A DNA stretch of 64,000 nucleotides from Lentimicrobiaceae bacterium (lineage in GTDB: Bacteria > Bacteroidota > Bacteroidia > Bacteroidales > UBA4417), in the NCBI GenBank assembly GCA_031550085.1, contig JAVBOY010000003.1, positions 4,006-68,005 of the forward strand, read 5' to 3'. The translations under genes were made by a program, and so were the position numbers. The notes beneath the pieces were generated by a model, which was not told the DNA's origin, ran no database searches, and saw only the letters and a list, made by a program, of their open reading frames with translations. Below are positions 51,000-60,302 of the stretch, one piece after another. Each line of letters starts with the position of its first letter. Positions within the stretch are counted from its first letter, which is position 1.

Positions 51000-52448
51000 A
51001 TGGAAACTCAAGATCAAACGAATTTACAACATGAACAAGCCAACAACACTTATGGAAGACCGTTGGCAGAAAACTCCGAAAGGGAGAAAAAAAACAGGGG
51101 AACTTCGCTCACAGTCAAGGGATTGATTGTGTTTGCACTTATCTTGTTGCTAATGATTCCGATGATATTTATTTCGGAACTGGTGCGTGAGCGATTAAAC
51201 CGGCAAAACGAAATACGAAAGGAAGTAAGCAGCAAATGGGCTGACAATCAAACATTTGTTGGCCCGCTTTTGGTAATTCCGTATAAAAAAGAGGTGCTAA
51301 AAAATACCAAAGGCGAAATAACCGGCTATAACGAAGGAAAACTTTATATTTTACCCGAAACCCTTGATATTTCCGGAACAATCCAGCCACACACGCGCCA
51401 CCGGAGTATTTTTGATGTCACCGTTTACCAGTCGGACTTAAGCTTCAACGGACATTTCGGTTCACTCGATTTGGAAAAATGGAACATTGCCCCGGAAAAT
51501 TTGCTGTTGGAAAAAGCGCAGGTATTTTTCGGTTTGACCGATTTTAGGGGACTAGAAGAACAAGTTTCCATACAATTCGGTAAGAGTACTTACGAATTAA
51601 CGGCAAGCGACATGGCCGTGAGTAGCGATAACCTGAGTTTAACAGATGCATACACAAGCGTTGCTGTGCAGCAGGAAGGACCAAATACATTCGGATTGGC
51701 ATCGCCCGTCACGCTTTCGATGGAAGATTTAAAAGCGGGAGAAAAATTTTCGCTCAGTTTGAAAATCAAAGGTTCCGATTACCTGGCATTTACACCCATC
51801 GGGAAAACCAATACCACGCACATTTCCTCCCCCTGGGAAGATCCGTCGTTTATTGGAAGTTTTTTACCCAATTCGCCGGCAACCATCTCAGACAAAGGAT
51901 TCGAAGCGGATTGGAAAATATTGCACCTTAACCGTAGTTATCCTCAAGTTTGGAACGATCAGCAATTTTCGATCGGGAGTTCGCTTTACGGCGTCAAACT
52001 GTTGAAATCTACCGATTCGTATGCCAAAACGGAGCGCTCGGTTAAATACGCCATTTTATTCATTGCATTAACCTTTGCGTTGTATTTTTTCATTGAAATC
52101 CTGCAAAAGCGCAAAATCCATCCTTTGCAATATGCCCTGGTGGGAATTTCTCTCTGCTTGTTTTACACGCTTTTGCTGGCAATCAGCGAATACATCAACT
52201 TTAATTATGCCTACTTAATCGCAACAATTGCTACGGTCGGCCTGATTACCTTATATACCAAGAGCGCTTTCGGAAAATGGAAAATTGCCGCTTTGTTCGG
52301 AGTCGTTTTGGGAATGCTCTATTCCTTTATTTTCATCCTGATCCGTTTGCAGGACGGGGCTTTGTTGTTCGGCAGCATCGGCCTGTTTCTATTGCTGTGT
52401 GTGATTATGTACTACTCCCGGAAAATTGATTGGTACGGGAAACAGTAA
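51000..52448 (+). CDS. creD: Cell envelope integrity protein CreD
   Basis: It has an N-terminal TM helix, a large periplasmic domain (WADNQTFVGPLLVIPY) and a cluster of C-terminal TM helices, as in CreD. Confidence 0.75.
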   Translation: METQDQTNLQHEQANNTYGRPLAENSEREKKNRGTSLTVKGLIVFALILLLMIPMIFISELVRERLNRQNEIRKEVSSKWADNQTFVGPLLVIPYKKEVLKNTKGEITGYNEGKLYILPETLDISGTIQPHTRHRSIFDVTVYQSDLSFNGHFGSLDLEKWNIAPENLLLEKAQVFFGLTDFRGLEEQVSIQFGKSTYELTASDMAVSSDNLSLTDAYTSVAVQQEGPNTFGLASPVTLSMEDLKAGEKFSLSLKIKGSDYLAFTPIGKTNTTHISSPWEDPSFIGSFLPNSPATISDKGFEADWKILHLNRSYPQVWNDQQFSIGSSLYGVKLLKSTDSYAKTERSVKYAILFIALTFALYFFIEILQKRKIHPLQYALVGISLCLFYTLLLAISEYINFNYAYLIATIATVGLITLYTKSAFGKWKIAALFGVVLGMLYSFIFILIRLQDGALLFGSIGLFLLLCVIMYYSRKIDWYGKQ

Positions 52449-52572
52449 GCGATTGCGCGAAAAGTTTCTTGTTTGATAATGGTTTTAGCACCACCACTTT
52501 TTTACCCAAGCTAAACTTGCAAAAGATGAAACGGCACAGGTAAAACCTGTTACCAAGCCGGTTAGCCAAAAA

Positions 52573-52617
52573 AAAGATAGCCGCCCCAAACATGTGAGGC
52601 GGCTATCTTTTTTTTTA
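52573..52617. terminator. Bidirectional rho-independent terminator
   Basis: The arms are aaagatagccgcc and ggcggctatcttt, flanked by A8 and T9 runs. It lies between the convergent creD and S46 peptidase genes. Confidence 0.85.
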
Positions 52618-52631
52618 TTCTATTGCAAAGA

Positions 52632-54797
52632 TTATTCTACAATTTTCAACTCTTTGATAATGTTGCTGGCTCCGGCGTATTTGTCGATTATAAACAAAAC
52701 GTAACGGGCATCTACATTGATGGTACGTTGCAATTCGGGTTCAAACAAAATATTGCCGCTCATGGCTTCCCAGTTGCCGTCGAAAGCTAATCCTATCAAG
52801 TTACCGCTTCCGTCAATAACCGGGCTTCCTGAATTACCGCCGGTAATGTCGTTATCGGTCAGGAAGCAAACAACCATTCTGCCGTCTTTGGTTCCGTAGC
52901 GGCCATAGTCTTTTGCCTGATAAAGTTGTTTCAATTTTGCAGGTACTACAAATTCTTCGTCCGAAGGATTTTCTTTGGCCATCACGCCATCCAGATAGGT
53001 AACATAATCGTAAGTAACCGCATCGGCAGGTTCATAACCCAACACTTTTCCGTAAGTCATACGCATGGTGCTGTTGGCGTCGGGGTAAAAACTCTTGTCG
53101 GGTTGCATTTCGCGGATGCCGGCAACAAACAAACGGCGGGCCTTGCCAAGTTTCGGGCTTATATCGGAAACCGCACTGTTTACGCGGGAGGCGTTATCAA
53201 TCAGCGATTTTGAAACAGCACGCAACGGATCGTTTTCGTATTTTTTCAACGACGGCTTATCCAAGAACTTGGTAAAATTTTCTTTGGTAGCAAAAATTGA
53301 ATTTTTAAAGATATCCGCTACATAGTCGTTGAAATTGCCTTTGTACTTCTTCTCAATGTTTTTGAAAATATCCGCTTGCTGATCTTGCGGAATGTTTTCG
53401 TAATAGGCTTTTAAAACAGCCGCCAATACATCTTTCTCAATGGGAACATTGTATTCTTTATAGGTTTCGTCAGCAATGCCATAGTATTTTTCCAATTCTT
53501 TTTTCAATTCATCGCTTTTCAATCCTTTTTTCAAAACGGTTTCAACACCACCAAAACTTTGCGCTGCCGATAAGGTTTGCGATCCGTAGAACGACAACTG
53601 TGTATACCAAGCTACTTTATTGCTGTTTGCTGCAATTATTTTTCCATAAAGCTCGTTGATGGTAGGAATTACATCGCCGTATTTTTCTTTGCGGCTGGGA
53701 TCTTTGGCAACCCATGCTTCAAATTGGTCTTCCAACGCTTTCTTTTTCGAGAAAACATCCAGGCGTTTCAAATCGCGCGTTTCTCCCAGTTTATTTTTCC
53801 AGAAATTGGCCAATGAAGCATATTTGCTTGCATATTGTATGCGAACGGCCGGATCGGTATCCATTCCTTTTTTTTCTGCTTCCAGAATTTTTCCTAAAAC
53901 CGTTGTAATTGCCGGATTGTCTTGATTCAATGTTAATTGAACTCCTGCTGAAGTACGGTAACGGTCGGTGGTACCGGGATAACCCCAAATCATCGCATAA
54001 TCGTCCTTTTTCAACCCTTTAATGGAAATAGGTAAAAAATGTTTGGGTTTCAACGGCACATTATCCTTTGAATAGGTAGCCGGAGAACCGTCTGGAGCGC
54101 AATATACGCGAAATACCGAGAAATCGCCCGTATGGCGGGGCCACATCCAGTTGTCGGTGTCGCCGCCGAATTTTCCGATGCTTGATGGCGGAGCGCCGAC
54201 CAAGCGAACGTCTTTGTAATCTACATACACAAACATGTAGTACTCATTTCCGTTGAAAAAGCTTTTGAGCTCCACTCTATATTTTCCGTTTTCTTCAGCC
54301 GCTTTGCGCAATTCTTCGCTTTTCTTGCGGATGGCATCGCCACGCGCCTTTTCGTCCATATCGGGAGTAGTAACACCTAAAATGTCTTTGGTCACATCAT
54401 CCATTCGTTGTAAGAACGAAACGTAGAGCCCTTCGTTGGGAAGCTCTTCGCTTTGGTTCATCGCCCAAAAACCATCCGTCAGATAGTCATGGTCAACCGA
54501 ACTATGTTCCTGGATGGCCGAATAGCCGCAGTGGTGGTTGGTAAAAATCAACCCTTGGTCGGAAACAATTTCGCCGGTGCAAAATCCACCGAAATTCACA
54601 ATGGCGTCTTTCAGCGAGGAGTGGTTGATACTGTAAATTTCTTCGGCAGTGAGTTTCAAACCAGCCTTTTGCATATCAACATAGTTGAGGCGTTGTACGA
54701 AGATGGGAAGCCACATCCCTTCATCAGCCTTTACGGGTTGGATGGTGGAAATGCATGCCAACACCGCTGTACATAAAATTGAGAGTACTTTTTTCAT
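52632..54797 (-). CDS. S46-family dipeptidyl-peptidase (DPP7/DPP11-like)
   Basis: Contains a signal peptide, the ADEGMWLP motif typical of S46, catalytic His (TNHHCG), and Ser (GGNSGSPV). Confidence 0.9.
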   Translation of the reverse strand: MKKVLSILCTAVLACISTIQPVKADEGMWLPIFVQRLNYVDMQKAGLKLTAEEIYSINHSSLKDAIVNFGGFCTGEIVSDQGLIFTNHHCGYSAIQEHSSVDHDYLTDGFWAMNQSEELPNEGLYVSFLQRMDDVTKDILGVTTPDMDEKARGDAIRKKSEELRKAAEENGKYRVELKSFFNGNEYYMFVYVDYKDVRLVGAPPSSIGKFGGDTDNWMWPRHTGDFSVFRVYCAPDGSPATYSKDNVPLKPKHFLPISIKGLKKDDYAMIWGYPGTTDRYRTSAGVQLTLNQDNPAITTVLGKILEAEKKGMDTDPAVRIQYASKYASLANFWKNKLGETRDLKRLDVFSKKKALEDQFEAWVAKDPSRKEKYGDVIPTINELYGKIIAANSNKVAWYTQLSFYGSQTLSAAQSFGGVETVLKKGLKSDELKKELEKYYGIADETYKEYNVPIEKDVLAAVLKAYYENIPQDQQADIFKNIEKKYKGNFNDYVADIFKNSIFATKENFTKFLDKPSLKKYENDPLRAVSKSLIDNASRVNSAVSDISPKLGKARRLFVAGIREMQPDKSFYPDANSTMRMTYGKVLGYEPADAVTYDYVTYLDGVMAKENPSDEEFVVPAKLKQLYQAKDYGRYGTKDGRMVVCFLTDNDITGGNSGSPVIDGSGNLIGLAFDGNWEAMSGNILFEPELQRTINVDARYVLFIIDKYAGASNIIKELKIVE

Positions 54798-54976
54798 TAT
54801 GAAAACTTAAAAAATTAAAAATAGGAATTACGAATAATTAGGACGCAAATTTCGCAAAATTTGCTCAAGCAATGCTAAAAATCATTTAAAAAAGTGTGCT
54901 TGAAATGCCTTTTACCGGAAGTGTCCATTGAAAAGCGCCCGTCAGGGAGTGTATAGATTTTGTAACGCTTTTTTGT

Positions 54977-56008
54977 TTACCCTTTGTCACCAAAACAAAT
55001 TCCCATTTTCCGGGAGTTGTCGACCAGCGAATGGGAAGTTGGAACTGTTTTGAGTTTTTTTGCAACATCTTTCAACGGTATGGACGTGGTTTCATTGTTG
55101 GAAAGAACCACCATTTTGCCGTAATCCTTATTGATAATCATATCCACGGCATAAGCTCCGTAACGGGAAGCCAATATCCGGTCCATGGGCGACGGACTGC
55201 CTCCCCGTTGAATGTAGCCCAAGATGGTTTCACGGGTTTCGAAACCGGTTCTTTTTTCGATTTCTCGGGCGATATAAGAAGCTGCTGATATATCGTCGTG
55301 TTTTTCAATGCCTTCGGCAACCACTACAATAGAATAGGGTTTTTTACTAGTCCGGCGCTTTTCGAGATATTTCGTAACAACATCCAAATTATAGGGGATT
55401 TCAGGAATTAAAATGACATCGCCCCCGCCGGCAACTCCTGCATAAAGCGTAATCCAACCGGTATGATTTCCCATCAGCTCAATGACCATCACACGCTGGT
55501 GGGAATTTGCTGTGGTGTGGAGGCGGTCGATGGCTTCAGTAGCAATTGTCACCGCAGAGTCAAATCCAAAGGTTACGTCGGTTCCCCACACATCGTTATC
55601 AATGGTTTTGGGAATTCCGATAACGTTCAATCCTTTTTCATACAGCTTTTGGGCCGTCTTCATGGTGCCGTTTCCGCCAATGACAACCAAAGCTTCCAAT
55701 CCCAGTTCCTTGTAGTTTTTTTTAATGAGCTCGGGTGACTGGTTGTCGAAATGGCCGTCTTTTTTAAACGGTTTGTCGCGCGAAGTTCCCAAAATGGTTC
55801 CGCCTACAGTGAGTAACCCTGAAAGTTTGTTTTCGTTCAGGATAGCATATTTTTTTTCGATCAGCCCGCGAAATCCGGAAGAAAAGCCGTACACTTTCAT
55901 GCCGTATTCCGAAATGGCAATTTTCCCAACACCACGGATAGCAGCATTGATTCCCGGGCAATCGCCTCCGGCTGTTAAGATACCTATTTTCATTCCTTCG
56001 GTCTTCAT
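54977..56008 (-). CDS. pfkA: 6-phosphofructokinase (PFK-A family; phosphoryl donor not certain)
   Basis: Contains LTAGGDCPGINAAIRGV, PKTIDNDV and GYIQRGG. The start could instead be the MKIGILT Met, 15 nt downstream. Confidence 0.85.
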   Translation of the reverse strand: MKTEGMKIGILTAGGDCPGINAAIRGVGKIAISEYGMKVYGFSSGFRGLIEKKYAILNENKLSGLLTVGGTILGTSRDKPFKKDGHFDNQSPELIKKNYKELGLEALVVIGGNGTMKTAQKLYEKGLNVIGIPKTIDNDVWGTDVTFGFDSAVTIATEAIDRLHTTANSHQRVMVIELMGNHTGWITLYAGVAGGGDVILIPEIPYNLDVVTKYLEKRRTSKKPYSIVVVAEGIEKHDDISAASYIAREIEKRTGFETRETILGYIQRGGSPSPMDRILASRYGAYAVDMIINKDYGKMVVLSNNETTSIPLKDVAKKLKTVPTSHSLVDNSRKMGICFGDKG

Positions 56009-56063
56009 ACGTTTTGTGCCGTTGTTTGCTATGGATGGTTAAATAAGTATCAAGAAATCCACA

Positions 56064-56720
56064 TTAATTGTTCAATGTGTGGAGCATTTTAACAATCAGG
56101 TTTTCACATCCCACCTGGATGTCGACCAGCGTCGCATCCAGCATGTAACAGGGAGTTGAAAACAGGTTGTTTTTTTCATCGATAACGACTTCGCCATGAT
56201 TTGTTGCTACATGTTTTGCACCGGCAACTTCAACAGCTCGAATGGTTCCGGGATCTTGTCCTACGGTAATCTCGGCATGGTCAAACAGTTTTGCCAAAAT
56301 AACAGGCGAAATACACAGGGCGCCGATTGGCTTTCCCAAAGCATGCATTTCCCGCAAGGCTTTTTCAACTTCGGGGTGTACTGAATAATGGGTGTTGTCA
56401 AACGCAAAGTTGCACAGGTTTTTTGCAGCGCCATATCCGCCGGGCAGGACCAACGCATCAAATTCGGCAGCTTTAAATCCGGAAAGGGGTTTTACTTTTC
56501 CCCTTGCAATTCGTGCAGATTCGACAAGGATATTCCGCGTTTCAGGCATTTCAGCTCCGGTAATGTGGTTCACCACGTGGTGTTGCGCACGATCCGGCGC
56601 AAAACATTGGTATTGAGCGCCATGCTTTTGAATGGCATAAAGGGTAAGCACGGCTTCATGTATTTCGGAACCATCAAAAACGCCCGAACCGGAAAGGATT
56701 ACAGCAATTTTTTTCACCAT
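56064..56720 (-). CDS. elbB: DJ-1/PfpI-family glyoxalase ElbB
   Basis: Contains KIAVILSGSGVFDGSEIHE and ICISP (nucleophile elbow), typical of ElbB. Confidence 0.8.
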   Translation of the reverse strand: MVKKIAVILSGSGVFDGSEIHEAVLTLYAIQKHGAQYQCFAPDRAQHHVVNHITGAEMPETRNILVESARIARGKVKPLSGFKAAEFDALVLPGGYGAAKNLCNFAFDNTHYSVHPEVEKALREMHALGKPIGALCISPVILAKLFDHAEITVGQDPGTIRAVEVAGAKHVATNHGEVVIDEKNNLFSTPCYMLDATLVDIQVGCENLIVKMLHTLNN

Positions 56721-56779
56721 TCTGGTTTTAAAAAACGACCCCTAAATTAACAAAATCGCCGGTCTTTTACAACGTTGCT

Positions 56780-57844
56780 TTATGGGGTAAGTTTTCGTGC
56801 CGGCATAATCCAACGGACAATTTTTACAATCATCCTGAAAATACGCGAGCGCCATGCGTAAGGTAAAAATCCCAAACAATAAGCAAACGACTGGAAACAA
56901 TGTTCGTACAAGACTCCCGGAAAAACCCGCAAGCGCGTGGCAATCGTTGGTTTGGGATTTACCAACTCATAGCCAAACTGCTTCATCCATTTGCCTGAAA
57001 CGGCTTCGATTGATTTTATATCTTTATCGGATAATTTCCCCCGCCAATCCCCGATTTTGCTTTTATTAATCGGCTCTAAAAGGCTGGTATGGTATTTTAA
57101 AAATCCTTTTTTGTATTCATTGTTTTCCAAAAATTCAGGGGCTCTTTTGTAAAATGAAAACACATCTTCATGGTAATCGATTTCTAAAAAATCGCACATT
57201 TGCTTGAAATAAACCGGCGAATCCGAAACCAAATCTTCGTAACGGATGAAACAGAATTTCCCGGGATGACGTTTTTTCTGGCGCGCCACAATCCGCGCCG
57301 ACCGATTCCAACGGCTGGACAATACCGATGCAAAACGTTCTTCAAAATCGAATTTGCGGACGGATACAATTTGATCGCGGGCATCACGTACCAAATGGAA
57401 ATATTTGGCTCCAGGGAATAATTTTACCAACTTTTTTGTAAAAAGGATATACCCCGGGTTTTTATCACCGACCCAAAGGATTTGCTGTTTTGCAAAACGG
57501 TCGGGCGAAGATAAATAAACGACTTTACATAAGGTTGCATAAGAATTTTCACCTTCACAAGCCAGCAGGTTATGCTTTAATTCCTCTTCATTGATCCCCC
57601 AAGTCAGGAAGCGTCTTGTTTTTTTCAAATCTTCCAAAAACCGGAGCAACTTTTTTTGCGTCCAGTATTTCGTTTTCCCGTAATCGGTTCTCAGGTCCAT
57701 CACAAAGGTGCATTCAGGCGGAATGGACACATTAGGATGGGCATCAAATAAAGTCCGAAACAAGGTGGTTCCCGAACGGGGCCGCCCCAAAATAAAAAAC
57801 ATGGGCAGGCTTTTTGCTTGTTCGACAATGGAATTTGCAGGCAT
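56780..57844 (-). CDS. Sulfotransferase-family protein
   Basis: The 5'-PSB loop is ILGRPRSGTTL. A 3'-PB-like region is present (FHLVRDARDQIVS). Confidence 0.7.
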   Translation of the reverse strand: MPANSIVEQAKSLPMFFILGRPRSGTTLFRTLFDAHPNVSIPPECTFVMDLRTDYGKTKYWTQKKLLRFLEDLKKTRRFLTWGINEEELKHNLLACEGENSYATLCKVVYLSSPDRFAKQQILWVGDKNPGYILFTKKLVKLFPGAKYFHLVRDARDQIVSVRKFDFEERFASVLSSRWNRSARIVARQKKRHPGKFCFIRYEDLVSDSPVYFKQMCDFLEIDYHEDVFSFYKRAPEFLENNEYKKGFLKYHTSLLEPINKSKIGDWRGKLSDKDIKSIEAVSGKWMKQFGYELVNPKPTIATRLRVFPGVLYEHCFQSFAYCLGFLPYAWRSRIFRMIVKIVRWIMPARKLTP

Positions 57845-57973
57845 CTTTCCGATCTGTTTTTTTTAAAGAAATTTGATTTTGCGAATATCTGAACTATTTT
57901 TGAATCTTGAAAACATCTGTGTATTTTCCTTTTCTTTGTATGGAAATTCTTCTCAAAAATCAATCCGAAACAA

Positions 57974-59101
57974 ATGGCCATTCCTTTTAACAAACTCCAT
58001 TTTACGGGTAACGAAATCGAGCATCTCACGGAAGTCGCACTCACGGGAAAAATATCGGGAAACGGTGTTTTTACGCAAAAATGCCAATTGTTTTTCGAAA
58101 ACAGGTACGGTTTCGGAAAAACCTTGCTCACCACTTCTTGTACGGCGGCATTGGAAATGGCAGCGTTATTAATTGATTGCCGGGAGGATGACGAAATCAT
58201 CATGCCTTCCTACACCTTCGTTTCCACGGCCAATGCATTTGTATTGCGCGGAGCAAAAATTGTTTTCGCGGATAGCGAAGCGGAAACACCCAACCTGGAC
58301 TTAGGGAAAATTGAAACCCTGATTACGCCGAAAACCAAAGCGATTGTGGCGGTTCACTATGCCGGCATTGCCTGTGACATGGATGCATTATTGCAACTTA
58401 CGGATAAATACGGCTTGTTTTTGATCGAGGATGCCGCCCATGCCATCGACGGCTTTTACAAGGGAAAAGCATTGGGTAGTTTCGGTCATTTGGCGGCCTT
58501 TTCGTTTCACGAAACCAAAAACGTCACTTGCGGCGAAGGAGGTTTGTTGGTGGTTAATGATGAACGTTTTTTCGAACGGGCTGAAATTATTTGGGAAAAG
58601 GGGACCAACCGCAGCGCCTTTTACCGGGGCGAAGTGGATAAATATGGCTGGGTCGATCTGGGGTCGTCCTATTTGGCTTCAGACTTAACAGCAGCTTTTT
58701 TATACTCGCAACTGGAACAGTTGGATGAGATCCAGCAAAAGCGGAAATGGATTTTCAACAGTTATCTTCAAAAACTCTGCCCCTTGCAAGAAGCCGGTAA
58801 AATAACTCTCCCCTCTTTCCCTGAAGGAACCAGCCAAAACGGGCATTTGTTTTATTTGGTTACCCGCGACCACCATGAACAATCCGCTTTGATCGCACAT
58901 TTGAAAGAGGCGAAAATCCAAGCGGTATTTCATTATCTGTCATTACACAAAAGCAAATTTTACCGTGAAAAACACGACGGGCGGGAACTTTCCCAAGCCG
59001 ACCGCTACTCGGATTGCCTGGTTCGCCTGCCGTTTTTTTACGATCTTTCGGAAAAAGAAATCGAAGTGGTGTGTGATGAGATTATGCGGTTTTATACATG
59101 A
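57974..59101 (+). CDS. wecE: dTDP-4-amino-4,6-dideoxygalactose transaminase (WecE/RffA-like, DegT family)
   Basis: It is near-colinear by eye with E. coli WecE (LLTTSCTAALEMAALL, IIMPSYTFVSTANAFVLRGAKIVF, FSFHETKN, EKGTNRS). Confidence 0.85.
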   Translation: MAIPFNKLHFTGNEIEHLTEVALTGKISGNGVFTQKCQLFFENRYGFGKTLLTTSCTAALEMAALLIDCREDDEIIMPSYTFVSTANAFVLRGAKIVFADSEAETPNLDLGKIETLITPKTKAIVAVHYAGIACDMDALLQLTDKYGLFLIEDAAHAIDGFYKGKALGSFGHLAAFSFHETKNVTCGEGGLLVVNDERFFERAEIIWEKGTNRSAFYRGEVDKYGWVDLGSSYLASDLTAAFLYSQLEQLDEIQQKRKWIFNSYLQKLCPLQEAGKITLPSFPEGTSQNGHLFYLVTRDHHEQSALIAHLKEAKIQAVFHYLSLHKSKFYREKHDGRELSQADRYSDCLVRLPFFYDLSEKEIEVVCDEIMRFYT

Positions 59102-59505
59102 ACGGGGGGGTGTTTATTTGTTGAACTGTTGAATTGTTTAAATGTGAAGTGTGAAATGAATGGTTAAGGGTACAAGGTGAAAGGTCAAATGCTTGTTTGT
59201 TAAACTGTTGAATCGTTGAACTGTTGAACTGTTTATGTGGGAAAAGATTCTGGTATTGATGGTTTTAATCGATGTTTTAATCTAATAATACGATGTTTTA
59301 ATCGCATAGCGTGAAGGGTGAACGGGGTGTTTATTCGTTGAACTGTTTAAATGTGAAGCGTGAAATGGGTGAAAGCTGAAAGGTTCAAGGAACACGGCGC
59401 AAAGATTGTTGTTCGCTTTTTGTTGTTCGTTTACTTGCCATTTAAAAGTCCACTTTCAATTCTCTATTTTCAATTTTCCATTAAACCATGTCTCGTTTAC
59501 TTGCC
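59099..59505. repeat. Repeat-dense non-coding region with a roughly 70-90-nt direct repeat pair plus several short tandem or dispersed motifs
   Basis: Copy 1 (59099-59191) and copy 2 (59319-59390) share tgaacgggg, tgtttatt(t/c)gttgaactg, and tttaaatgtgaag(t/c)gtgaaatg. (c)(t)gttgaa octamers lie at 59120-59133 and 59205-59228, each followed by a partial unit running to 59140 and 59235. gatg(g)ttttaatc occurs three times (59258, 59271, 59292). tcgtttacttgcc occurs twice (59427, 59493). Confidence 0.8.
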
Positions 59506-59594
59506 TGCTAATAAGTAAGAGTATAAAAGTTCCTGTTTTTTAACTCTGAAATTTCAAAAATGTAAAATGAGTTTAAAAAATTTTATCGAAATAC

Positions 59595-59625
59595 TTTGTC
59601 ATTTATAAAATGAAGTGTACCTTTG
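59595..59625 (+). promoter_or_regulatory. Canonical Bacteroidota promoter (-33 TTTG, 19 nt, -7 TACCTTTG) for tRNA-Gln
   Basis: TTTG lies at 59595-59598, followed by a 19-nt spacer and TACCTTTG at 59618-59625. The tRNA starts at 59652. Confidence 0.65.
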
Positions 59626-59651
59626 CCCCCCTGAAAAGGAGACCAAAAGAT

Positions 59652-59725
59652 TGTCCGATGGTGTAATGGCAGCACAAATGGTTTTGGTCCATTTAGTCTA
59701 GGTTCGAGTCCTGGTCGGACAACCA
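59652..59725 (+). tRNA. tRNA-Gln (anticodon UUG), CCA encoded
   Basis: A hand-folded cloverleaf has a 7-bp acceptor stem (ugtccga/tcggaca), a D stem gugu/gcac, an anticodon stem aaugg/ccauu with loop UUUUGGU, a T arm cuagg-UUCGAGU-ccugg, discriminator A, and CCA. Confidence 0.9.
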
Positions 59726-59780
59726 AGTAAGAAAACGTTCAAAGATGCAATACCTTATAGGCTGCATTTGCGAAAAAATT

Positions 59781-59808
59781 AGGAGGGGACATTGTGTCCC
59801 CTCTTTTC
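59781..59808 (+). terminator. Strong rho-independent terminator between tRNA-Gln and rimP
   Basis: The stem pairs (ag)gaggggaca with tgtcccctc(tt) around the loop ttg, followed by a T4 run (TTTTC). Confidence 0.8.
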
Positions 59809-59838
59809 ATACAATCCCATTTATCGTCGCATCAAAAT

Positions 59839-60285
59839 ATGATCACAAAAAGCTTACTCCAAAAATTGGTTGAAGAACAACTTGCCGGAACTGACCGTTT
59901 TGTTGTGGATATTTTGGTAAAGCCGGGCAATCGCATCTTTGTATTTATCGACAGCGATACATACGTACGAATTGAACACTGCATTACTTTGAGCAAACAC
60001 ATTGAATCGAACCTCAACCGCGACGAAGAGGATTTCGAATTGAATGTTTCTTCATCAGGATTGGATCATCCGTATACCTTGCTGCGACAATATATCAAAA
60101 ATATCGGCCGCCAGGTAAAAGTAAAACTTCAGGACGGCGGGGAAATCACGGGCGAGCTTACCGCTGCCAACGAGCACGAAATCGAAGTTCAGGAACAAAA
60201 GAAAGTTAAAAAAGAAATCATTACAACACTCCATAAAATTGCGTTTCCCGACATCAAGGAAACCAAAGAAATCATCAAATTTTAA
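59839..60285 (+). CDS. rimP: Ribosome maturation factor RimP
   Basis: 148 aa. It has the RimP N-terminal pattern and an Sm-like C-terminal domain, in the position upstream of nusA. The ATG at 59839 lies downstream of the terminator that the longer ORF would overlap. Confidence 0.85.
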   Translation: MITKSLLQKLVEEQLAGTDRFVVDILVKPGNRIFVFIDSDTYVRIEHCITLSKHIESNLNRDEEDFELNVSSSGLDHPYTLLRQYIKNIGRQVKVKLQDGGEITGELTAANEHEIEVQEQKKVKKEIITTLHKIAFPDIKETKEIIKF

Positions 60286-60302
60286 CCAAAACAGTGACCA
60301 TC

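Noticed and set aside
59099-59505. The repeat-dense region as a replication origin
   Set aside because: I see no DnaA-box-like TTATCCACA motifs, no adjacent dnaA or dnaN, and no obvious AT-rich unwinding element. The iteron-like repeats alone are insufficient evidence.
59794-59838. The GTG at 59794 as the rimP start
   Set aside because: The extension runs through the terminator hairpin at 59781-59808. The RimP-like sequence begins at the ATG at 59839.
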